Assembly (NCBI GenBank): GCA_963787465.1
Contig: CAWBDD010000015.1
Coordinates: forward strand, 86,619-150,618
DNA length: 64,000 nucleotides
Reading direction: 5' to 3'
Origin: an uncultured Thermoplasmata archaeon
GTDB taxonomy: Archaea; Thermoplasmatota; Thermoplasmata; UBA10834
Shown: one piece after another, positions 41,146 through 51,060 of the stretch
Layout: each line of letters begins with the position of its first letter
How positions within the stretch are numbered: position 1 is the first letter of the stretch
Notes under the pieces: generated by a model
What the model was told of the DNA's origin: nothing
Database searches by the model: none
Seen by the model: the letters and a program-made list of their open reading frames with translations, nothing else
Translations under genes and position numbers: made by a program

Positions 41146-44100
41146 CTACCAGCACTTCGAGTACCCGCAGGTCCTGCAGACGACGCAGCCTTCGACGTAC
41201 TCGACCATGCTCCCGCACTCCGGGCACTCTGGGCAGATGTCCCCCTTGTCCACATGGTTCTGCTTCTCGACATGCCCATCGGACGACAGCTGCGCACTTC
41301 CGTTGGCAGCCTTCGCCGATGGCGAGTCCTTGAGGTACCTCTCGATGGCCTTGGCCACGGCGTCGCTGCAGGAGAGGACCATGCCACCCGGCTGCCAGAG
41401 CGGCGACGGGCACCTTATGCCCCTCAGCTGCCTGACTATGCTGTCAGGGTCGATCCCAGAACGCAGGGCGAGGGATATCAGCCTCGCCACGGCCTCGGAC
41501 TGGGACGCCGTGCACCCTCCTGACTTTCCCATCTGGGTGAAGACCTCGCAGAGGCCCTTGTCGTCCTGGTTTATCGTGATGTAGAGGTGGCCGCATCCGG
41601 TCTCTATCCTCTGGGTCGCCCCCCGCGTGAGGTAGGGCCTCGCCCGGGGCGCCTTGGAGTCGTCGTCCTCCGGTGCCAGGGCCTTCTCCTTCTTCGCGGC
41701 GTCGCCGCCGACGCTGAGGACCTGGTCCTCGCGGCTCCCGTACCTGTAGACCGTCACGCCCTTGCACCCGAGCCTATAGGCCATCAGGTAGACGTCCTCG
41801 ACATCCTTCGGCGTCGCCTCGTTGGGGAAGTTGACCGTCTTCGAGACAGCGTTGTCCGTGTGCTGCTGGAAGCCGGCCTGCATCTTGATGTGCCACTCGG
41901 GCTTGATGTCCAGCGCGGTGACGAACACCCTCCTGATGTCCTCAGGCACCGCTGTGATCTCCTTCACGGAGCCCTTGGTCGCTATCTCCTTCATCAGGTC
42001 GTCAGTGTAGAACCCGCGCTCCTTCGCAACCTCGCCGAAGAACGGGTTGACCTCGGGTAGGATGTCCTTGTCCATGACGTTCCGCACGTAGGCGACGGCG
42101 AATATCGGCTCGATTCCGCTGCTCGCGGCTGCGATGATGCTGATCGTCCCCGTCGGGGCGATGGTCGTCACAGTGGCGTTCCTGATCTTCGGGTACTTGG
42201 ACGCGAGAGTGCTCACGGCGAAGTTCGGGAAGCTGCCCCTCTCCTCCGCCAGCGCGACTGATGCGCGGTGCCCCTCGTCATCTATGAACTTCATTATGCT
42301 TGCGGCCGAGGTCGATCGCATCCTCGGTGTCGTACGGTATCCCCATCACGAGGAGCATGTCCGCGAAGCCCATGATCCCCAGCCCGACCTTCCTGTTGGA
42401 CCGGGTCATCTTCTCTATCTGGGGGAGCGGGTACTTGTTCATGTCTATGACGTTGTCGAGGAACCTGACCGCCCAGTGGACCGTCTCTCTGAGCTTGTCG
42501 TAGTCAACCTCGTACCTGTCCCCCTTGAACACGAGCATGTTCGCTAGGTTGATCGAGCCGAGGTTGCACGACTCGTAGGGCAGCAGCGGCTGCTCCCCGC
42601 ACGGGTTGGTGCTCTCGATCTCACCGACGCTCGGGGTCGGGTTGTCCCTGTTGATCCTGTCGATGAACACGATGCCTGGCTCGCCGTTCCGCCAGGCCAT
42701 GTTGACGATCATGTCGAAGACATTCCTCGCGTGCATCTGGCCGGAGGTCTGCTTGGTCCTCGGACTCAACATGTCGTAGTCCTTGTCCTCTTCGACTGCC
42801 TTCATGAACTTCTCGGTCAAGGCCACCGAGATGTTGAAGTTCGTGAGCTTCGCGCTCTCCTTCTTCGCGGTTATGAAAGAGATGATGTCAGGGTGGTCGA
42901 CGCGCAAGATCCCCATGTTGGCCCCGCGTCTGGTCCCTCCTTGCTTGATGGTCTCGGTCGCGGCGTTGAAGACCTCCATGAATGAGATCGGGCCGGACGA
43001 CACACCTGCTGTGCTCTTGACCGAGTCGTTGGCGGGGCGCAGCCGAGAGAAGCTGAAGCCGGTCCCTCCCCCGCTGTTGTGGGAGATGAAGCCGTTCGCG
43101 AGGTACGCGTGACGCTGGGGGATGGTCAGGTCCACGACCTCCCGCTTCCCTGCCGGCCGGACCTCCTTCACCTTGACGAAGTAGTGCCCTTCGTCATCTG
43201 GCTCGGCGTGCGCCAAGCCCTCCTTCTCCAGGGCGCTTACCATCGTCTCCTGGTCGATGCCATGGAGCCTCCTGCGCAGGATGATCGAGTCGAACCCGAT
43301 CTTGTCCCTGAAGACCATCAGTCCGGACCTGGTGCAGATGGTGAGCCTGTCTAGCCGCCTGCCGAGCGGGACACCTATGTAGAACATCATCGTCTGGATG
43401 TCCCTCGCGGACTCCTCCGACGGGCACTTGACGCTGACGACCCCCTCGGGGCTGATCCATCCATGCTCGGTGAAGGTCCTTCGCAGGAACGCGCAGATCG
43501 CCGGTTCGTCCCCGTGGATGAGCCTCGGGTCCACGGTCGAATCCGAGAACTCCTCGATGGCGTGTGGTACCTCGGCCTCCGTCCCCCCGAGCCATCCGCC
43601 GAGCTTCATCACCAGGGTCGCACCGGGCCTGAGCTGGCCTATCTTCCTCCAGTCGAAGTCACCGTCGTCCACCCTTGCCATTAGCCTGTGGAGGGCGGTA
43701 CCGGTGATGGTGTTGCCCTCCTCGGTGATTACCGAGAAGACCTCCTGGACTCCGTTCGAGTGACTCTCCTGTACCTGGTCCATGCCCTCGTGTGTCTCGA
43801 TCCAGGTTCCGCTCTCGATTGTGCCCAGGGTCCTGCACCCAGAGTCGGTCATGACGAGTGTCTCTGGCACAAGGCACTTGTGGATGAGGGCCGTATACTT
43901 TATCGCATCGAATATGTCCTCCATCGAGTCCCCTATCGGGAGGACGAAGCACGCGGAGAGCTGGCCGAGCTCCCTCCCTGCGTTCATCAGGGTGGGGCTG
44001 TTCGGCATGAACTCCAGCCTTGCCATCATCTCGTAGAACCTCTCGGCCACCTTGTCGACTTCGGTGTCTGTCTTGCCGTAGTTCTTCTCGGCGAGCGCGA

Positions 44101-44324
44101 TCGCCCTGGAGACACGCTCAAAGAGCTGTTTGGGTGTCTCGACGGGCTTGCCGTCATCGTCCTTCTTGAGGTATCTCCTCTCAAGGACCGTCCTCGCATT
44201 GGAGGTTATCTGGGGCTCGAGTTCCCATCCTCTCGCCGTGGCTGAAGCCTTGTTTCCTGGGGCGACAATGCCCCCTCTTCCGTTACTCGATGGAGACGCT
44301 ATTACTCCCCCTGTTGATCTTCAT
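41146..44324 (-). CDS. nrdJ: Adenosylcobalamin-dependent class II ribonucleotide reductase (NrdJ) carrying an intein. The assembly has two 1-nt frameshifts in this gene.
   Basis: N-extein ...FMPNSPTLMNAG...ALIHK, then the intein, then SGGGTGFSFSRLRP. The C-terminal half is in ORF 41146..42321. The N-terminus (MKINRG..WELEPQITSNARTVLERRYL) is recovered only by removing one C from the CCCCC run at 44307-44311. A second shift at about 42295-42305 is an extra G in ctcGGccgc. Confidence 0.8.
43076..43876 (-). mobile_element. Intein (267 aa) inserted in NrdJ.
   Basis: Begins with Cys (CLVPETLVMTDSG), ends with HN, followed by Ser. It splits the conserved ALIHK | SGGGTGFSF region. Confidence 0.8.
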
Positions 44325-44766
44325 TCCTCATCCAGGCCTAGATTGTCGGTCAGCCAGCGATGGCCCTGCCCTTCATTCACGGAAGAGAAGTTTCATGCCG
44401 GTCCCCCTCCACCTCTGCCTGGACTCCGCTCTGAGGTGTGACGCGCTACCGAAACGCGGGATGCACTAATCCACGTTTCTCGCTTAAAGAGCTTTTCGAA
44501 CAAGACCTGATAACACATTTCGCTTGGTGTTTCCGGTCCATCGAGTCCATGACGTTCGGATTTGTTATCAGGTTATTTATCAATTGCCATTGCCAGTATG
44601 TTTCGAAGGCGCGTCGACAATTGGTGCGCCGCAATGAACTCTGTGATTGGTCGTGGTCAGGAACGCTTCCGGTGCATCCACTCGACTCCCTGACCCTGTC
44701 GTCTTTGCAGGCGATGAATTGAATACGCTCGCTCGCATCTCCCCACCGGAAGCGTATCGGCTTCAG

Positions 44767-45021
44767 GTGCTTAGTCTGAAGGTCAAGGTCAAGCTGTTCG
44801 CGGTTTTCAGGGACATAGTGGGTTCAAAGGAGGATGACCTGGAGGTCACCCCTGGGACGACCGTCCAGGGGCTTCTCGATCAGTACATACAGAAGTTCCC
44901 CCAGATGGCAAAATTCAGGGATCACATCATCCTCTCGGTGAACAAGGAGTATGGGGCCCCGTCCAGGACCCTGAAGGATGGCGACGAGGTGTCCTTCCTC
45001 CCGCCCGTAAGCGGCGGGTAA
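44767..45021 (+). CDS. MoaD/ThiS-family ubiquitin-like small protein (SAMP-like) ending in Gly-Gly.
   Basis: KVKVKLFAVFRD beta-grasp start and C-terminal ...LPPVSGG followed by the stop. GTG start. Confidence 0.7.
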   Translation: MLSLKVKVKLFAVFRDIVGSKEDDLEVTPGTTVQGLLDQYIQKFPQMAKFRDHIILSVNKEYGAPSRTLKDGDEVSFLPPVSGG

Positions 45022-45128
45022 GGGCCGTCCCGCCCAACTGGCTAGGGGAATCAGTATATACGGGTCCGCCCAATTGCTTCTAGATGCTCGGAGGGGAGTC
45101 CACTTTGAGTGTACTGTCTCGCGTGACT

Positions 45129-46865
45129 ATGCGTTTCCAGGTGCGCATGTGTGCCGTCCTTCTACTGTCCGTTCTCTTCGCTGTGTCGGTTCTTCTGCCG
45201 GCGCTCGCACCTGGTTCGGACGAGCCGGATGTCATCGCCCACGCTGAGGCAGGCCCTCCCGTGTACTACACATACCATGACTACGGCCAGGTCAAAGACG
45301 ACCTCTACACGGTCCAGGGGCAGCACGGCGACATCATGAAGGTGTACGACATAGGCGACAGCTGGGAGAAGGTCAACGGCACGGCCGACCGTGACATCCT
45401 GGCGGTCAAGATCTCCGACAATGTGGAGGTCGACGAGGACGAACCTGAGACAATCATAATCGCCCTCCACCATGCTGGAGAGTGGCCCGGGATGGAGGTC
45501 GCCCTGTCATACATCGAGAACGTGACGGACGACTATGGGAACGACACCCGAGTCAGTTGGCTGGTCGACAACAGGGAGACCTGGATCGTACCCGTCGTCA
45601 ACCCTGACGGCCTGGACTTCGCGATGCATGACACTGACAGCTGGCGCAAGAACAGGCACTGGTTTCCAGCCGACGCCACCTATGGCGTCGACCTCAACCG
45701 CAACTACGACGGCTCGCAGAACGGCGACCCAGACGGGGAGTGGGGTGGCGCCGGGACCTCGCACGACCCGTCATCCAGCACCTACTGCGGAGAGTCACCC
45801 TTCTCGGAACCGGAGACACAAGCGGTCCGCGACCTCGTCGAGGCGCACGACTTCCAGATTGGCATCGACTTCCACACTTCGGGCGACCTTGTCATGTGGC
45901 CGTGGAACTACGACTACGTCCTCGCGCCTGACGACGCCGACCTCGTGAGGATAGGCGAGGAGATGGCCGCCCTCAACGGCTACACCCCCGAACAGGGGGT
46001 GGTCCTGTACGCGACGACCGGTGATTCCACTGACTGGATGTACGGCGGGGCGGATGTCTACCCCTACTGCATCGAGATCGGGTCCGAGCAGCATCCGGAC
46101 CTTTACGATGAGGTCATACCGCTCCTCGATGAGAACTACCCCGTCATCCTGCTCGCCATGGAGCTAGCCGGGGACAGGGAGGAGAGGCAGTTCGACATAT
46201 CGCACACCCCCGTCGCATCCATGGACTACTCGTCGTCCGGTTTCACGCTCACCGCAGACATCACAGCCGGGAGGGGCGTGGACACGGCCGCGGTCGATGT
46301 CGTCTACAGCGTCGACGGCGGAGCGTGGGAGAGCGTGCAGATGACTCAGACCGCATCGAACGACACCTACGAGTCGGTCATCCCGTCCCAGGTCGCTGGG
46401 AGCGTGATCGACTACTACATCGTGGCCCATGACCTCGCAGGCGTCGAGAAGATGTCACCGACCTACGCCCCGTACGACATACACACATTCACGGTGACCT
46501 CGACGGGGACTGCACCCACGGCGAACGCTGGTGTCGACATCGATTCGTTCGTCGGGACCGCGGTCGCCTTCGACGGCACGGCCTCCTCTGACGACGTGGC
46601 CATCTCGAGCTACGAGTGGGAGTTCACCTACAACGGCTCGACGACGACCCTGACGGGAGCCGAGCCGACATTCACCTTCTGGACCCCTGGCGTCTACGAC
46701 GTGACGCTCACGGTAACCGACGGGGACGGGCTGACGGACGAGGACCATGTGACGGTGACGGTGTACGACACGGCCATACCGGAGTTCGGCACGGTCGTCG
46801 GACCCGTCGTCGCGACGGTCATGGTCTTCTTCGCGGTCATGTACGCCCGCAGGCGTGCGACCTAG
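45129..46865 (+). CDS. Secreted M14 zinc carboxypeptidase with a PKD-like domain and a PEF-CTERM archaeosortase sorting signal.
   Basis: Signal peptide. HAGEW...E zinc motif, NRNYD and IDFH motifs. The C-terminus is IPEFG + TM helix + RRRAT. Confidence 0.75.
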   Translation: MRFQVRMCAVLLLSVLFAVSVLLPALAPGSDEPDVIAHAEAGPPVYYTYHDYGQVKDDLYTVQGQHGDIMKVYDIGDSWEKVNGTADRDILAVKISDNVEVDEDEPETIIIALHHAGEWPGMEVALSYIENVTDDYGNDTRVSWLVDNRETWIVPVVNPDGLDFAMHDTDSWRKNRHWFPADATYGVDLNRNYDGSQNGDPDGEWGGAGTSHDPSSSTYCGESPFSEPETQAVRDLVEAHDFQIGIDFHTSGDLVMWPWNYDYVLAPDDADLVRIGEEMAALNGYTPEQGVVLYATTGDSTDWMYGGADVYPYCIEIGSEQHPDLYDEVIPLLDENYPVILLAMELAGDREERQFDISHTPVASMDYSSSGFTLTADITAGRGVDTAAVDVVYSVDGGAWESVQMTQTASNDTYESVIPSQVAGSVIDYYIVAHDLAGVEKMSPTYAPYDIHTFTVTSTGTAPTANAGVDIDSFVGTAVAFDGTASSDDVAISSYEWEFTYNGSTTTLTGAEPTFTFWTPGVYDVTLTVTDGDGLTDEDHVTVTVYDTAIPEFGTVVGPVVATVMVFFAVMYARRRAT

Positions 46866-47290
46866 TCGAGGACCACGGCCTTCAGCTTCTGGGCCCTCGG
46901 GCACTCGACGTCGGCCTCCTCTATCGAGAGGATCCTCAGCTTCATCCCCTCTGAGGCGCCCTGGGCGTGGCAGAGCCTGTAGTTGGCGCACCCGATCCAC
47001 GCGCAGCGGCTCTCCTCGTAGGTGAGGGTCGCCCCTTCCATCGCGGACCGAGCGGGCACGGCGACCCTGGTCGGGACGCGCTCCACCTCGACGACGCGCA
47101 CGCCACCTTCGTGGAGCTTGCACTCGTGGTGGACCTCCCTTATCTGGGTCACCCTGTACCTCCTGCCCGCCTCCAGGTGGAAGCAGACGTTCTTGACCTT
47201 GCATTCACGGCACTCCGCGTTGGGACCGCCGAACACGAACTCGAACCCCGCCTTGCACTGGGTCTCACCGACGACCGTCACGAGCACCAT
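46862..47290 (-). CDS. UPF0179-family archaeal protein.
   Basis: Size and Cys pattern (CRECKVKNVCFHLE) resemble UPF0179. Confidence 0.45.
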   Translation of the reverse strand: MVLVTVVGETQCKAGFEFVFGGPNAECRECKVKNVCFHLEAGRRYRVTQIREVHHECKLHEGGVRVVEVERVPTRVAVPARSAMEGATLTYEESRCAWIGCANYRLCHAQGASEGMKLRILSIEEADVECPRAQKLKAVVLD

Positions 47291-47306
47291 GGTAGAATCC
47301 TCCTCG

Positions 47307-48341
47307 TCAGACCACTTTGGTCACAGTCGCCAGGCGCTCTGCGGCTTCGGGTGTCAGCCCCCGGTCGCCGAGTACGGTGTACCTGTCCCTCCGTATCTCA
47401 TGCGCGTGCACGAGGGCTTCGATGATCTGCTCATTGGTGACGCCTAGCTCCTTGGCGCACGTGGGCGCGCCTATCTGCGCGAGGGAGTCCCGTATCCTCT
47501 GCCAATCTCCCCCGTGCAGGTACATCATCATGATCGACCCGACGCCGCACTGCTCCCCGTGGAGAGCCTTGCCTGGCGCGATCTTGTCGAGAATGTGAGA
47601 GAACATGTGCTCCGAGCCGCTCGTGGGCCTCGAAGTGCCAGCGACGGCCATCGATATCCCGGATATGATTATCGGCCTTATGGCCACCCATACGCTCTCC
47701 TCGAGGTTGGGCTTGATCGACTTGGCGTTCTCTATGATGGCCTCGGCCGCGTACTTCGCGAGGTTCGCCGCGCTCGAGCTGAACATCTCGGTCCTGAGCC
47801 TCTCGGAGAGCTCCCAGTCGAGGACCGCCGTGGAGTTCGATATGACATCGGCGCAGCCGGAGGCGAGGAGCCTGTAGGGTGCCTTCACGATCAGCGCGGT
47901 GTCGGCCACGACCCCCAGGGGTACTGTCGCATTGAGAGAGAGCGAGTTCCCTCCCTCCTTTATCGACGCGCGCGGGCTCGCGAGCCCGTCATGGGACGCG
48001 GAAGTCGGGACGCTGAGGAATGGGATCTTCAGGTGGGCGGATGCCAGCTTCGCGAGGTCGATCTTGCTCCCGCCGCCAACACCGAGGAGGAATCCCGCCT
48101 TGACCTCCTTGGCCAGCTCCTCCACCTTGACGAGGTTCGACTGGCTCGCCTCGCCTACGACTATCTGCTGGACGTCGTAGCTCTCATGGACGAGGATGTC
48201 GCGGAGCTCGTTCGCCGCAAGCGTGCCCGTGGTCTGTCCCGTCACGATCAGGGCGTTCCCGTCGAGCTCGAAGTCCCTGCACATCTTGCCCGTCTCGTGC
48301 AGGACGTCGTGGCCGGCAAGGACCTGCCTGGGAAAACTCAT
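47307..48341 (-). CDS. egsA: Glycerol-1-phosphate dehydrogenase [NAD(P)+] (the archaeal lipid backbone enzyme).
   Basis: SFPRQVLAGHDVL N-terminus. GGGSKIDLAK and iron-ADH-like metal ligands. Alternative upstream start at 48413. Confidence 0.85.
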   Translation of the reverse strand: MSFPRQVLAGHDVLHETGKMCRDFELDGNALIVTGQTTGTLAANELRDILVHESYDVQQIVVGEASQSNLVKVEELAKEVKAGFLLGVGGGSKIDLAKLASAHLKIPFLSVPTSASHDGLASPRASIKEGGNSLSLNATVPLGVVADTALIVKAPYRLLASGCADVISNSTAVLDWELSERLRTEMFSSSAANLAKYAAEAIIENAKSIKPNLEESVWVAIRPIIISGISMAVAGTSRPTSGSEHMFSHILDKIAPGKALHGEQCGVGSIMMMYLHGGDWQRIRDSLAQIGAPTCAKELGVTNEQIIEALVHAHEIRRDRYTVLGDRGLTPEAAERLATVTKVV

Positions 48342-48443
48342 CGTGCGGGCCTTGGTGAAGCCATTGGTAGTCAAAGCGCACAACCTTGGTCCCAATATGA
48401 TTGGCCGCTTCATCTACTTATCGGTTTGTATCCGACGGATGCC

Positions 48444-48451
48444 ATATATTT
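48444..48451 (-). promoter_or_regulatory. TATA box (AAATATAT on the minus strand) for egsA. It is the last recognisably archaeal element before the junction.
   Basis: AT-rich octamer 30-100 nt upstream of the egsA start candidates. Confidence 0.4.
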
Positions 48452-48477
48452 GCCAGGCGCGGGCCGGGTCACGGAGG

Positions 48478-48668
48478 GGTAAGAGCTTCGACCAGGTCGA
48501 GCAGGACCGTCTGAAGACGGTGCCCGCCGGCCGCTTCGGCAATCCCGAGGAGTTCGGTCAGCTGTGCGCATACATCTGCAGCGCGCAGGCGAGCTACGTG
48601 ACCGGGCAGAATTTTCTGATCGACGGCGGGAACGTATCCGGGCACGATGTGACCTGCGGTCACATCGT
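48478..48668 (+). pseudogene. 3-prime fragment of a bacterial short-chain dehydrogenase/reductase (FabG-like). It has no start codon or N-terminus.
   Basis: ...PAGRFGNPEEFGQLCAYICSAQASYVTGQNFLIDGG matches the SDR C-terminal consensus. Begins abruptly about 25 nt after the archaeal promoter. Confidence 0.6.
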
Positions 48669-48813
48669 GCGAGGCGTGAGGCGTGAGGCGAGAGGCGAGA
48701 GGCGAGAGGCGAGAGGCGAGAGGCGAGAGGCGAGAGGCGAGAGGCGAGAGGCGAGAGGCGAGAGGCGAGAGGGGAGGCGAGAGGCGAGAGGCGAGAGGCG
48801 AGAGACGGGAGGT
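48669..48813. repeat. Tandem heptanucleotide repeat (GAGGCGA/GAGGCGT)n, about 20 units.
   Basis: Read directly from the sequence. In the SDR frame it would encode an (EARGERR)n repeat. Confidence 0.9.
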
Positions 48814-48820
48814 GGGAGAT

Positions 48821-48940
48821 GATTAAACCTCCCCTCCCCTCGTGGGAGAGGGCTGGGGAGAGGGGGCTGGGTGGCGTCTGCTTCCCCGTTCCCCGACCTC
48901 TCCATAGAGGGCGTGGAGAGGGGGTTCTTTTCGCGTCCCT
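48821..48940. repeat. REP-like GC-rich palindromes (CCTCCCCTCGTGGGAGAGGG; CCTCTCCA-N9-TGGAGAGG).
   Basis: Inverted repeats with a CCTCTCC/GGAGAGG core. The same family recurs at 56755-56815 and 58420-58690. Confidence 0.6.
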
Positions 48941-49032
48941 CGCGCCTTGCCTCTCGCGCCTATAATTGCTTGATCCGAACACACCGCGAGGTCAACCCAT
49001 GAACGCTCCCTACCGATCCCAAGCAGTTCCGC

Positions 49033-50500
49033 ATGCAGCTCAAGGACGCGAAGCTGTTCCGCGAGCAGTGCTACGTCGACGGCGCAGTGGGTCGACGCCG
49101 ACAGCAGGCAGACCATCGCCGTCACCAACCCCGCGACCGGCGAGCGTGATCGGCACCATCCCGAACATGGGCGCGGCCGAGACGCGCCGCGCGATCGAGG
49201 CCGCCGACCGCGCGCTGCCCGCCTGGCGCGCGAGGATCGCCAAGGAGCGCGCAGCGATCCTGCGCAAGTGGTTCGAGCTGATGATGGCCAACCAGGACGA
49301 CCTCGGCGCTCATCATGACCACCGAGCAGGGCAAGCCGCTGGCCGAGGCGAACGGCGAGATCGCCTACGCCGCGTCGCTTCATCGAGTGGTTCGCCGAGG
49401 AAGCGCAAGCGCGTCTACGGCGACATGATCCCGCACGCATCAGGCCGACAAGCGCATCGTGGTGATCAAGCAGCCGGTCGGCGTGTGCGCCGCGATCACG
49501 CCGTGGAACTTCCCGACGGCGATGATCACGCGCAAGGTCGGCGCCGGCGCTGGCGGCCGGCTGCACCATGGTGGTCAAGCCCGCGACGCAGACGCCGTTC
49601 TCGGCGCTGGCGCTGGCCGAGCTGGCCGAGCGCGCCGGCATGCCGACGGGCGTGTTCAACGTCGTCACCGGCACGCGCCGACGGAGATCGGCGGCGAGCT
49701 GACCGCGCAACCCGATCGTGCGCAAGATCACCTTCACCGGCTCCACCGAGGTCGGCAAGATGCTGATGGCGCAGTGCGCCGCAGACGATCAAGAAGGTCT
49801 CGATGGAGCTGGGCGGCAACGCGCCGTTCATCGTGTTCGACGACGCCGACCTCGACGCCGCGGTGGAGGGCGCGATGGCCTCCAAGTACCGCAACACCGG
49901 CCAGACCTGCGTCTGCGCCAACCGCATCCTGGTGCAGGACGGGGTCTACGACGCCTTCGCCGAGAAGCTCGCCGGCGACGGTGCAGGCAGCTCAAGGTCG
50001 GCCCCGGCACCGAGGCCGGCGTCAACGATCGGCCCGCTGATCGACGACGAACGCCGTGGAGAAGGTCGAGGAGCACATCGCCGACGCGGTGGCCAAGGGC
50101 GCGCAGGTCGTGGTCGGCGGCAAGCGCCACGCGCTCGGCGGCCCGTTCTTCGAGCCCACCGTGCTCACCGACGTGACACCGGCGATGAAGGTGACCACGC
50201 GAGGAGACCTTCGGCCCGGTCGCGCCGCTCTTCCGCTTCAAGACCGAGGAGGAGGCGATCGCGATGGCCAACGACACCGAGTTCGGCCTGGCCTCCTACT
50301 TCTACGCGCGCGACATCGGCCGGGTCTGGCGCGTCGCCGAGGCGCTCGAGTCCGGCATGGTCGGCATCAACACCGGCCTCATCTCCACCGAGGTCGCGCC
50401 GTTCGGCGGCGTCAAGGAATCGGGCATCGGCCGCGAGGGCTCGAAGTACGGCATCGAGGAGTACCTCGAGATCAAGTACCTGTGCATGGGTGGTGTCTGA
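49033..50500 (+). pseudogene. gabD: Succinate-semialdehyde dehydrogenase (GabD). Contiguous homology with at least 10 frameshifts.
   Basis: MQLKDAKLFREQCYVDGA.., [42 protein letters not shown] and GQTCVCANR motifs, found across all three frames. Confidence 0.7.
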
Positions 50501-50556
50501 GGGGAGGGCGGGACTGGTATGGGAGCATTGGAAGGGACGGGGCTGTAGCGGGGGCG

Positions 50557-51060
50557 GTGGTGCATCGCGGGGCGCAGATCATTGCCGACCCCAAGCTTTC
50601 GGATCTGCCCTATACGATCGAGCTGGACGAGTGGGGAGACATAAGAATGACACCAGCGGCGAGCCCCAAGCATACGGAGATCGGCTTCTCTCTGGCGTTG
50701 ACCCTGCGTGCCGCCCTGGGAGGCAAGGCTTTCCAGGAAGGTGCGGTCGTGACGCCGCATGGGGTACTCACGGCGGATGTTGTGTGGTGCTCACCCGGAT
50801 ATGTTGGTCGCCATGACGATGTGTTCGCGGACGGTGCACCCGCCATGCCTGAAGCGCCCGAGATCTGCGTCGAGGTCGTGTCGCCGTCCAACTCCATAGG
50901 AAAGCTGCAACAGAAGATGGCAGCCTATCTCGCTGCAGGGGCGATCGAGGCCTGGATGGTTTTGGAAGATCTGTCGATTCGTGTATTCAGCCCTGACGGT
51001 GAACAGAAGGAGTCACGGTTCGCTGTCGACCTCGCGACATGGCGGCGCGGTCTGGCCTGA
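50557..51060 (+). CDS. Uma2-family (DUF820) putative restriction-endonuclease-like protein.
   Basis: [26 protein letters not shown] and [12 protein letters not shown]...[12 protein letters not shown] motifs. The start is uncertain. Confidence 0.55.
   Translation: MVHRGAQIIADPKLSDLPYTIELDEWGDIRMTPAASPKHTEIGFSLALTLRAALGGKAFQEGAVVTPHGVLTADVVWCSPGYVGRHDDVFADGAPAMPEAPEICVEVVSPSNSIGKLQQKMAAYLAAGAIEAWMVLEDLSIRVFSPDGEQKESRFAVDLATWRRGLA

Noticed and set aside
44331-44766. RNase P RNA or SRP RNA in the low-GC spacer.
   Set aside because: No P4 (AGGAAAGUCCGGGC / ACAGAAxCCGGCUUA) or SRP helix-8 (GGAAGCAG...) signatures were found. Only generic inverted repeats are present.
44647-44766. A 40-aa N-terminal extension of the MoaD-like ORF.
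   Set aside because: MoaD/SAMP proteins are 65-90 aa. The conserved KVKVKLFA start follows an in-frame GTG at 44767, and the extension runs into the low-GC noncoding island.
48669-48813. The tandem array considered as a possible CRISPR locus.
   Set aside because: The unit is only 7 bp with no spacers and no cas genes. It is a simple microsatellite.
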